From Takakia lepidozioides (Eukaryota; Plantae; Bryophyta): 64,000 bases of DNA. Within the stretch, counting starts at the first letter, position 1. Every line of letters starts with the position of its first letter. Shown here in pieces: positions 36,530 to 47,078 of the stretch. Below the pieces are notes generated by a model. The model was not told the DNA's origin, made no database searches, and saw only the letters and a program-made list of their open reading frames with translations. The position numbers and the translations under genes are program-made. Where the stretch lies: contig CM060734.1 of assembly GCA_030704615.1 (NCBI GenBank), positions 47,740,001-47,804,000 of the forward strand. Reading direction: 5' to 3'.

Positions 36530-37366
36530 CTATGCTATCAACTTCCAGACTTCTCTCAAAGTGCCTCGCTCTGCTTGATGGTAAGGTGTAGGAGGTATAT
36601 CTATGTCCAGAAACCTGCCACTAACCTTGTCCCAAGCTACAGTAGCTCGCTCTAACCAACCCTCCTCCTCTTTCTGCCAGGTAGAGACAAAGCAGTACTC
36701 CCCTATCTCCCGCTCACTGAACACTAAAGAAAACAAAGGTAGGGTCTGATAGTCTCTCAACTCGAAAGCTTTGAGACGGTTGCGGGTGTCTTCATTGCGG
36801 ATGACTGCATCGCCTTCAAACAGAACAAACTTGTCCTCGCTAATGAACCCCCGTTCGTGGTTGCCTTGTGCAGAGCGTGTCCGTCTGCAACACTGTCTAA
36901 TTGCACAAACTTGTGCAGCTCCTGCTCCTCTGCTCCAGTACACCACGGCCTTGTGGCTGAACACCTTGGTCCCCGGAGCTGTCTTTGGCTGTGTTCCAAG
37001 CCTAGCTTTCACCCACTTTGGTATTTCACCTACAGCTGCAGAACTGCTGGCTCCAACAGAGTTCTGACTGTCCAAGGCGATATTGAGGCCCTCAATGCCA
37101 ACTACAGCAGTCTGTTGTCTACTGCTAATGCCTGACCCCCAGTATGCAATCAACTCGTCCAACTGTTCTCCACTCAAATCAGTCTGAGTTCCTTGGGAAA
37201 CATAGATCCTGTCCCCTTGTGTGCACAGGCTAAGAGAAGAGACCTGCCCTTCAATTACGTCCTCATTTCCCCCAGCCATACAGGGAGTACATCCACAGGT
37301 TTGTCTCTCATATAGGCCAGCACAGGTTCTAGAAACAGGATTGTGGATATTTCGTGGCACACTCAC
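36530..37366 (-). CDS. Unknown 278-aa ORF inside the E1 leader
   Basis: Long open frame, sense to the element, absent from E2; no recognised motif and no ATG start. Confidence 0.3.
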   Translation of the reverse strand: MSVPRNIHNPVSRTCAGLYERQTCGCTPCMAGGNEDVIEGQVSSLSLCTQGDRIYVSQGTQTDLSGEQLDELIAYWGSGISSRQQTAVVGIEGLNIALDSQNSVGASSSAAVGEIPKWVKARLGTQPKTAPGTKVFSHKAVVYWSRGAGAAQVCAIRQCCRRTRSAQGNHERGFISEDKFVLFEGDAVIRNEDTRNRLKAFELRDYQTLPLFSLVFSEREIGEYCFVSTWQKEEEGWLERATVAWDKVSGRFLDIDIPPTPYHQAERGTLREVWKLIA

Positions 37367-37817
37367 ACTCTAAAAATTCCATAGATTTTTAGCAGAGTCC
37401 CCAAAACATAAACCAGGTTTAGATAGGTAGATTTCCCCTTTCTGTAGGTCCCTGTGCAAGTTTTGGGTCAATCGGCCTTGGTAGGCCAAAGTTATGGCCA
37501 AACAGGCTCTATCTAATTTAAATTAGATCAAAGAACGAATTTCTTTTAATTTTTCACACCCAAAACGTTCTCGCCATCAAAAACTGTTCCCACGTTTTTT
37601 GCGATTCACTGCAGGTTCCCTAAGAATTCCTTAGACTCATGCCAAAATAGTTGTCAGGATCAGTGAATACCAGTTATACGAAGGCACCTCATTTACTTTG
37701 TGTGCTGATTTTGGGGTTACCTTTCTGGACGAATTTAAATACTTTCACTTCAGTATTTAAATACTTTCTCGCCATCGCTCAGGGAGAGAGGCAAAGCGGA
37801 CGCAGACGAGGGCAGCG

Positions 37818-37938
37818 ATGGCCAAGCCTACGCGAGCAAGCAGGAACAAGGAGGTGGTGTGGGGTGTTGGCCAATTCGGCCGATCAAAGACCTACCACAA
37901 GCGGAGTTTGTGGGCCATCAAAGCCAAGCATGGCGGCG
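37818..37938 (+). pseudogene. RPL6: Captured fragment of 60S ribosomal protein L6 N-terminus
   Basis: MAKPTRASRNKEVVWGVGQFGRSKTYHKRSLWAIKAKHGG resembles the plant eL6 N-terminus (RN..L..GVG..SRS.MYHKRGLWAIKAK.GG). Confidence 0.8.
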
Positions 37939-38355
37939 AGCATGGTCACGAGCTTCTTCTTGCAGATCAGTGTACATACTTCCAACAGTGTCCCCGATCT
38001 CGAGCCAACTTGGTGGAGGTTGATACACATCATGACCATGAAGGTGGTATGGTTCCAACCTTACTCCATGAGCAACCCTTGCATCTCGGGGAAAGCCACC
38101 AACTCCAGGCACTTGTGAAAGGCCTCGAACTCCTCCTAGGGACAGTTCAACCCCGCCATTCCTCTCATATTGCAACTGCGCAGCCTGTTGTGCTGCTTGC
38201 TTTCTTACAACTGCTGCAAAATCCGGGACAGATCTAGACTCCCCACCAAGCGTGCTTGTCCTGCTGGAAAGGGCTGACCCATTCACTGCTTCAAGCCCAG
38301 ACAGAGAAGGAAAATCCAATGGTGACGAAGGACTTGGTGCTTGAGGTGCCTGAAA
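37925..38355 (-). pseudogene. Captured fragment of a CID7-like (PAM2/Smr-domain) gene
   Basis: LDFPSL, PDFAAVVRK...YERNG, WLEIGDTVGSMYTDLQEEARDHAR recalled from plant polyA-binding-protein-interacting protein 7. Confidence 0.65.
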
Positions 38356-38379
38356 CTGCTTCGATGGGCCTCCCTCAAC

Positions 38380-39137
38380 ATTGGTTTGAGCCTTTTCCTT
38401 CTTAGCTACTACCTGAGTCTGCAAATGCTGCACCCAGCATGCTCCTAACTCCCACCGAATGCTCCTGTCATCCTTGTTCTCATCCTCTTGGTCCAGCCTG
38501 ACCAGGCTCTTTGCCAACAGTGTATAAACCAAGCCCCCAACATTTTTTTACCTCTTCAGCATCGGAGGAAGGCCGTGCTCGTCCATTAGCACTCATGTGA
38601 AGAAGAGTGCGGAGGCTGTTCACATTGAGGGCATTTCCACCCCCTTCACGCTGGTCTTCCCACAACCACAACAGTAGGAATCTCTTCCCCATTCTGAAGC
38701 TTGGGCCCACTGCTTCAATAAGAACAGTAGATCCTTTGTGTCATATACAGTGGTGCTCTCATCAGCTGTGATTGCCTTCAGGAGATGGGTTGAGGTTTTT
38801 GTGACCAAGAGTTTTGGCTGGAGGCTTGTTGCAGAGGTCACTCATTCTGAGCTCCGCAAATATGCTATACTTCGAGGTCTTTGTCACAAGGTAGGGATTG
38901 AAGTTTCTCCTCGAGACTATGAATTGGATACGCCCACCCCATTCAAGAGAGTTGACATTATCAGCATGGTTCCTATCTACAAGCAAGTTGCTTGCTCATC
39001 TGTAGTCGGGCGGACATTATTGGAATCGTCTAAAACAGCTTTGGACAAGGGCAAGCTTGACGATGCCGTCAGCTTTGGGACGAAGGCCTTGGCAAAGTTA
39101 GTGGCCGTTTGTGGGCCCTATCATCGGATGACTGCTG
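38380..39137. pseudogene. Captured fragments of a CLU-family TPR gene (REC/TSS-like) in both orientations
   Basis: Minus: [38 protein letters not shown]. Plus (38780-39137): [21 protein letters not shown]...[46 protein letters not shown]. Confidence 0.8.
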
Positions 39138-39273
39138 CATCAGTATTGATCCCCTGCACATCTAGCTTCCAGCGAGCCTTGGCTACTACTTCAAACGTGA
39201 CGGCGTTGCTCCTTCCGCTGGACAGACTCATAGGTGACCAAGCTGCTCCCATGCTATAAGTCATCCCCTCCCT

Positions 39274-39490
39274 TTATCGCTGCTGGTGCTGGATTCCAAT
39301 GAGCACCTTTAGCACGTCTTGCATGGAGGGGCGTCTATCAGGCACCTCGTGTGTGCAAAGCATGGCCACATCCATCAGCTGCAGCAGCTGTTTGTCAATA
39401 CCTGTGGTCTTCAGCAGTTTCACATCAAGAACTTGCCTGGCCAGCTCTGGCTTCGCCAATGCTTGCCGCACCCACTGTGAGTTGTTCACG
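39274..39490 (-). pseudogene. Captured C-terminal fragment of a receptor-like kinase
   Basis: QWVR...VLD..L...QLMDVAMLCTHEVPDRRPSMQDVLKVL (kinase subdomain XI). Confidence 0.75.
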
Positions 39491-39833
39491 CCCTCACTGA
39501 CCAGAATAAAGGCTGCTTCCCCGCAGTATAGCTCCGTCCTGCCCCTGCGGCCTCATGCCAGAACCAACGCTATCCTTACCAGTGGAAAGACACCAGTTCT
39601 TTGCCCCTGCTTGACATGCAGCCTGCCTCCATGGACCATCTATATACCCAGAAACCAGAGATGATCGAAACCTGCATGTTTTTTTTTTTTGTTTTTTTTT
39701 TAAAGCTTCTCAAACTAAGCACTACTTACACACAGGTAATCATACAAGTGCTAACCCTTAACTCCTACCTTGCACTCACAGATAAGAGGTCATCTCTCTC
39801 GAGTGATAAGCAAGCTAAAGTCACACACGATGC

Positions 39834-40648
39834 AAAGCATGAAAACCAAACCATCACTCTTAGAAATAGAAGTCGAGCCAGGGGCACCCCAAGCTATGGG
39901 GACTCCACCCCACAACAACCTACACTCCCATCATAAGCACACTCAGATCTAAACGCATGAAGGAGCTCGGTCGCGCAGGCTCAACTCGAGAGAGATGAGC
40001 TGCGCGACTGCCGCTCTCGTGAAGATAAGACAGACCAGGTGTCAAACTAAACTTGACACCTGATTTAACACTTGACCTAAATCCAAGTGTTAAATACAAA
40101 TAACTAGTTTTATTCTAGCTGTTTTCACACTGTGCTTATTTAACTTGGGGACTCCACCCCACAACAACCTACACTCCCATCATAAGCACACTCAGATCTA
40201 AACGCATGAAGGAGCTCGGTCGCGCAGGCTCAACTCGAGAGAGATGAGCTGCGCGACTGCCGCTCTCGTGAAGATAAGACAGACCAGGTGTCAAACTAAA
40301 CTTGACACCTGATTTAACACTTGACCTAAATCCAAGTGTTAAATACAAATAACTAGTTTTATTCTAGCTGTTTTCACACTGTGCTTATTTAACTTGGGGA
40401 CTCCACCCCACAACAACCTACACTCCCATCATAAGCACACTCAGATCTAAACGCATGAAGGAGCTCGGTCGCGCAGGCTCAACTCGAGAGAGATGAGCTG
40501 CGCGACTGCCGCTCTCGTGAAGATAAGACAGACCAGGTGTCAAACTAAACTTGACACCTGATTTAACACTTGACCTAAATCCAAGTGTTAAATACAAATA
40601 ACTAGTTTTATTCTAGCTGTTTTCACACTGTGCTTATTTAACTTGACA
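39834..40648. repeat. E1 terminal B repeat (sense 5' end) containing 3 tandem 249-bp units
   Basis: Units start at 39897, 40146 and 40395; 317 + 2 x 249 = 815 bp. Confidence 0.92.
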
Positions 40649-43600
40649 AATTGGAGATTTGCTGGTTTCAAGATGATGGATTTCTGTTGGTCAAAAACTG
40701 CATCCCCTTCCTTTGGCGCAAGATACGATCGTCGAGAAAGAGCATCTGGTTTTCCTTGAAGATGTCCGGGACGGTAGGTAATAACAAAATCAAACCTTGC
40801 TAGTGACATACTCCATCTCGCTTGACGTCGATTCAAAACACGAGCACTCATAAAATATTCGAGGTTTTTGTGATCGGTATAGACAGTGACCTGATGTTTA
40901 GCTCCGTCCAATAGATGACGTCACTCCTCAAAAGCATCGATAATCGCTAGAAGTTCTTTGTCATGGATTTCATAATTGATCTCCGCAGCGGAAAATTTGC
41001 GAGAACGAAAACCAACAGGGTGGAGTCGGCCATCTGTACCGTATTGTGAGAGTACCGCGCCAAGTGCAAAGTCCGATGCATCTGCTTCTAAGAAGAATGG
41101 TTTAGATGGGTCTGCATGTACCAGTATTGGAGCCGTTGTAAATTCCTGCTTCAGCCTTTCAAATGCCTGGTCAGCCTTCTCATCCCATACAAATTTGTCC
41201 TTCCATGTGAATCATGTCAATGGTGCACCAATTTTGGAGTAGTCATTGATGAAGATTCTATAGAAATTTGCAAAACCCAGAAAACATTGTACATCTCGGA
41301 CCGAAGTTGGTTTAATCCACTCGATGATGGTTTGTATTTTCTTCTGATCCATAAAGACGCATTTGTCGGAAATAATGTAGCCCAGAAATTCGACCTCAGA
41401 TTGATGGAAAAGACATTTTTCCAACTTGGCATATAGTCATATTTCTCTTAATTTATCAAGGACAAGGCGTACATGGCGGCCATGTTCTTCTTCGTTCTGT
41501 GAAAATATCAAAATGTCGTCCAAATAGATGACTACAAAGTCATCTAAAAATTCTCGAAAGATGTCATTCATCATATGTTGGAAAATTATTGGAGCATTTG
41601 TAAGACCGAAAGGCATAACACTGTATTCAAAAATGTCCATACCTTGTTCGAAAAGTTGTTTTCCATTCGTCTCCTTCTTTTATCCGTACAAGGTTATAAG
41701 CTCCTCTCAAGTCGATTTTGGTGAAATCCTCGCTCGTCCCACCTGGTCGAGAAGCCCAAAAATCAGCGGCAACGGATAACGATTCTTGATTGTGACTTTG
41801 TTGAGACCGCAATAGTCGACACACATGCGTAATGATTCGTCCTTCTTTTACACAAACAAGAGAGGCGTCCCCGCGGGTGATTTTGAATGTCGGATGAAGT
41901 GCTTTGACAAATTTTCATCAATGTATTCGCGTAATGCTGACAACTCCGTCTGGGATAAGTTATAGATTGGGCCGAATGGTGGTTGGGCTCCTTCTTGTAA
42001 CTCAATTGCACAGTCATAAGGTCGATGTTCTGGCAATATGTCTGCATTTTTCTTCTCGAAGACATATTTGAAATCTTGATATTGAGCGGGTAATGTTGAA
42101 GTACCTTTGTCTGTTGTGGTCTTGATCGGAGTCGCATAAAGTGCAAATGTCACCTCCTTTTTGGTAGCTCTCATGAAGGCTCTTGCTCCAAGAAACAGGG
42201 GTTGAATACCTTTGGTACTTTTGCATTTTTGTCTTGCCGAAATTTTTCGTGATTGCCAGTCGATGTCAGGATTATGAAGTACAAACCAGGGAAGTCCAAG
42301 GATCACAGGATTCGTTGGAGACTGGATGACATTGAAAACAATATGTGATACTTGATTTTTAAGTTTCACTTCAAGGGGTCAAGTTTCATGGTCAACATTT
42401 CCTGATGCTAACGGTCGTCCATCGATAACTTCAACAGGGGCCGAGAATTTCTTTCTTACGAGCGTTAAATTGTGTTGCTTCACAAAAACTTTGTCAATAA
42501 AACACGCTAAAGCGCCCGAGTCCAAAAGTGCTTCTATGGAGATATCTCGATTTTGCATCCTGATCTTTACTGGAACTGTGAAACAAGATACAGGATCTGG
42601 AGGTAGAAAGAGACTTTTTTTGGGTGAGAAGTTTGGGGTGTCCAGCCGCATGCTCCCTACTGTGACTGGACATCTTCGTTTTCCGACCTCCTCGTATCGA
42701 ACACTTGAGTGGTGCCCCGAGCTTTGAATCTTATCTTGTTGGGGCAGTTTAATGCCATGTGATCATTTTCTCCGCAATAAAGGCATAATCCATTCGAGCG
42801 TCGTCTTTGTTTTTCATGTGGCGTCAATGGCTTGAATCGGACAACATCAATCTGCATAGGATCATTACCGGATGTCTGATGGATCGTTGAATTTGGTGCC
42901 GTAGTAGCAGCGGCACGGTGCGTCGTCGACCATCCAGATCGCTTCTCTTGACGTCTTTCGAACAAATGATTATTGCATGCAATGACTTGGGTGATGAATT
43001 CGCTCAGTGTACTCATGTTTGGCATTGTCAGTAACAAATCTTTAACATCATCTTTTAGGCCACATCGAAACTGATTAATGAGGCTCTTCTCATTCCAGTC
43101 AAGGTCGCACGCAAGTTGTTGAAATTCGGCAACATAAACGGAAGCTGGACGTGCTCCTTGTCGAAGATTTCGCATCTTTGTTTCTGCAACTCTCTCTCTA
43201 TCATTCTCTCCAAACGTTGCAGTGAACTCGGACATAAACGCTTCAAAATTATATAGTAAATGCGAATTTTTCTCTAATAGCGGTGCAAACCAAGATAGGG
43301 CAGTGCCTGATAGAAGGGTGCCCACGAATCCCACTTGAATACCTTCATCAGAGTAGCGTTGTGTATGTAGTCGTAGGAACAATCGTACTTGTTGAACAAA
43401 TCCGCGAAATTTTGATCTCGTCCCATCAAATTTCTCGGGCATGCTGACCTTTGGTTCCCTTGTAATCTGCTGAAGATTTGGAGGAACCGTTGTAGTAGGA
43501 TTTGTTGTAGTAGGGACTCGTAAGGTTGAAGATCCATTGTTCGACTCCTTCAACTCTGAAATTTGTTGTTGCAAATTGTTGAGAGCATTGCCAAGGTCTT

Positions 43601-44660
43601 GAGACTGATCAGCTTGTAGTTGGGCAATAGAGGCACAAAATTCTTGCATCTGGAGCTGAAGACTCTGCTATGTGGCGACCATTTCCGCAAATGTGCCTTC
43701 CATCTTAACTAACTAAGGAACAAACTTCAGTTTCGCCAAACTGTCAAGGACGAGAACATGGCTGAACACAAACAAGAGATAAGACTAGAGGTACAAGGCT
43801 TAAAAGAAATCAAGGTCGGCGTGGCCGAATGTACTATGAGTAAATAGGAATCAAGACGATCTTTTATAACAATGAACAAGAGTACAAGATATTGGAACAC
43901 GACTTGAATACTGGAATGCTGGAAACTGGACTGGAGTACCAGATACTGGAAACTGGGCTAGGGTACTGGGAACTGGACTGGAGTACTGGGAACTGGAAAC
44001 AAGAGTAGCTTGAACTGGTGTTGGCGAGACTGAAGAGTGTCCAGTCTCGCCTCTTATATATACTGGATACTAAGAAGCTTCATGAGTAGTTTCCTAAGTT
44101 ACTCTTGGTAATTTGATAAACTCCCGGTAACTTGGTAAGTAATGGTAAATCATGGTAGATCATGGTAAATCACAGTAAGTCATTGTAACTTCCGGTAACA
44201 TGGTAACTTGGTAACTTCTGGTATTTACTCCTAGTAAGTTCTTCTGGGCTATGTCCGTGACAGAAACCACAATAAATCCAGCAACAACCTAACTTACAGA
44301 ATTCAACATGAAAACTTAGGGACGACTCTGATCAAAGGGAAAAACATGCTGAAATGTGTTGAAGAAGGAACCTTCATCAGCAGTGCCTTATTCTATCAAT
44401 TGTGCTGCTGTCGTTGCTGTTTCCAGTTGACCATGTACCCACGCACTGTAACAAGCAGAAAGAGCTCCTCAAATTGGGCCCACTAATCCATTGGCATCTG
44501 ACTGCCGCACAAAGTTCCAATTCTGAAAATTGCATCTGCTTCTCTTTGTAGTCCAACGGGCATTCACCTTTTTGTCTCTATTGTCCCACCCTTTACTGGG
44601 GTTGGAAAGTGTTCATTCCAACGCTTCTCCTAATCTCTGTTACCTGTTTTTGTTTCGGCA

Positions 44661-47078
44661 GAAACTTGTCAAATTCGAATTCTTCAAACATGTCATGATC
44701 TTCCGGCTGCAGGACATTTCGGCTTCAACAAAACAATGAAATTGATATCCAGGGACTATTGGTGGTCACAGATGTGGAAACTCGTGAAAGAATTTATAAA
44801 ATCTTGCGACACGTGTGCTAGAGCGAAGGGACCACGACATCGACCTTACGGCCTTCTTCAACCATTACCCATTCCCAAGGGTCCATGGTCGTCCGTGTCT
44901 ATGGACTTTATTACGGACCTTCCAATCTCCAAGACCACTGATTCAATCCTTGTTATTGTAGATCGTTTTTACGAAGATGACACATTTCATTCCATGTAAT
45001 AAGACATTTACCAGCGTGGAAACTGCAAGACTCTTCTTCAATAATATCTACCGCATTCATGGACTCCCGAAGGACATCGTATCTGATCGAGGACCACAGT
45101 TCATATCAAATTTCTGGAGGGGATTATTTCACATATTGGATACTAAGATCAACATTTCTACAGCTAATCATCCACAGACTGATGGTCAAACCGGACATGT
45201 AAACCAGATTTTGGAGCAGTATCTTCGTTGTACGATAAATTATCACCAAGATGATTGGACGGACCTTCTGTCATTGGCTGAGTTTGCCTACAACAACACT
45301 ATACATTCTTCGATCCAACAAACTCCATTTTTCTCCAATTATGGTCATCATCCTCAAGCAAACCCTTTCCGCATGAAGACTGTTGGAAGCCCTGCTGTAG
45401 AAAACCTTACTACACATCTTGCTACGATTCACAAGGAAGTTACATTCCACCTCGCAGAATCTCAAAAACAATACAAGGAGTATGCAGATCAATGTCGCCA
45501 ACTCCAACCCCAGTTCAAGATCGGAGATCGTGTGTGGCTTCTTCGACGGGACATACAAACCTCGCGACCATCAAGGAAGTTGGATTATCAACGCCTGGAC
45601 CCATTCAAAATTATTCGACAAATAAATCCGGTCAGTTTTCGGCTTGAACTCCCACGAAGTATGCGCAACCATCCAGTCTTTCATGTTTCATTATTGGAGT
45701 TGTATCATCCATCGAATATTCCAAGGAGAGTCTCCGTACCACCTCCACCAGTCGAAGTCAATCCAGAACTTGAGTATGAAGTCGACGAAGTCCTAGACTC
45801 TCGCATCAAGTATAAATGTCTTGAGTATTTCATACATTGGAAAGGCTACGACATCAGCAAACGAACGTGGGAACCTTCATCCAACCTCGCCAATGCATCT
45901 GACAAAGTCCAAAAGTTTCATCAACGATATCCAGTTAAGCCCCGAGCTACACGTCAATAAGACGTTACAACGATGATGTCAGTCAAGTTAGCTTCAAGGT
46001 GAAGACTCCACATCAATGTACCTGATACACGTTAAGGTGGGAGAAGTACCACACATCAGTATATACAACTACACTTCCAACACTCTTGCATCTTGTACTT
46101 CCTCGTCTGAACCCCGTACGACGGCAAGTGGAGCATACTCGAAGTCTGATAATTATGTTGGAGGTTGAGGCTTCGGACCCAGAGGGCAACAAAATCATGT
46201 TTGAATGCAGCTTCGAAAATCAGAATGTTCAAATCACTGCGTGGTCCCAAGTTGAAGGTGTTGGACACTATCGATGGTTGCAGAAACCTATAAATCATTT
46301 GAGTCAAGAACGAAGAGCCGAATACTTGGCAAGTATCATTTGTCGGATTTTGGATTTTCTCCAACTTTAAAGCAAGTCCAAGATTTTACCGCTCCTAGAG
46401 GAACTCGGCGCTAGAGGAGGGGGTGATGTCACGGACATAGCCCAGAAGAACTTACTAGAAGTAAATACAAGAAATTATCAAGTTACAATGTTACCGGAAG
46501 TTACCATGACTTACTGTGATTTATCATGATCTACCATGATTTATCATTACTTACCAAGTTATCGGGAGTTTACCAAATTACCAAGAGTAACTTGGGAAAC
46601 TACTCAGGAAGCTTCTTTTGAGATGAAACTTCTCCATCAAGATACCTCCTTTGTTTAAGGAAGCTTCTTCATCAAGAAACCTTTGTTTAATCTTGGAAAC
46701 TTCTCCAGCAAGAAACCTCCATAAGGGAAGCTTCTTGGGGAAGCTTCTTAGTATCCAGTATATATAGGAGGCGAGACTGGACACTCTTCAGTCTCGCCAA
46801 CGCCAGTTCAAGCTACTCTTGTTTCCAGTTCCCAGTACTCCAGTCCAGTTCCCAGTACCCTAGCCCAGTTTCCAGTATCTGGTACTCCAGTCCAGTTTCC
46901 AGCATTCCAGTATTCAAGTCGTGTTCCAATATCTTGTACTCTTGTTCATTGTTATAAAGATCGTCTTGATTCATATTTACTCATCGTGCATTCGGCCAAG
47001 CCGACCTTGACTTCTTTTAAGCCTTGTACCTCTAGTCTTATCTCTTGTTTGTGTTCAGTCATGTTCTCGTCATTGACA
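44661..47078 (+). mobile_element. Same chromovirus, 3' half: integrase, chromodomain, PPT and 3' LTR (46427-47078)
   Basis: CHDLPAAGHFG...CDTC, SMDFITDLP, SDRGPQF, HPVFHVSLL, chromodomain EYEVDEVLDSR...YFIHWKGY...TWEP; PPT agaggaggggg at 46413-46423; LTR is the reverse complement of 43742-44262 plus about 131 bp extra; followed by GTTTC. Confidence 0.9.

Larger units (their letters stand above)
27962..40648 (-). mobile_element. Element E1: gypsy-type retroelement with split direct repeats, DNMT3-like methyltransferase and PHD-integrase
   Basis: TG...CA termini flanked by AATT (27958-27961 and 40649-40652); repeats A 27962-28048 and 28368-28454; B 28049-28365 and 39834-40648. Confidence 0.93.
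27765..44262 (-). mobile_element. Tcn1/Tf1-like chromovirus, 5' half (5' LTR 43742-44262, gag about 42657-43703, decayed PR-RT-RNase H 40652-42651, pol tail 27765-27961), interrupted by element E1
   Basis: Gag PKVSMPEKFDG...PMQID...CLYCGENDHMALNC; LLDSGA; YLDDILIFS; TDHKNLEYF...LNRRQARW. Removing E1 and one AATT restores KPANLQ-LNMLSMS in frame. LTR has TG...CA ends. Confidence 0.9.

Noticed and set aside
39897-40648. Possible CRISPR-like array
   Set aside because: Units are contiguous 249-bp tandem copies with no unique spacers; eukaryotic context and no cas genes
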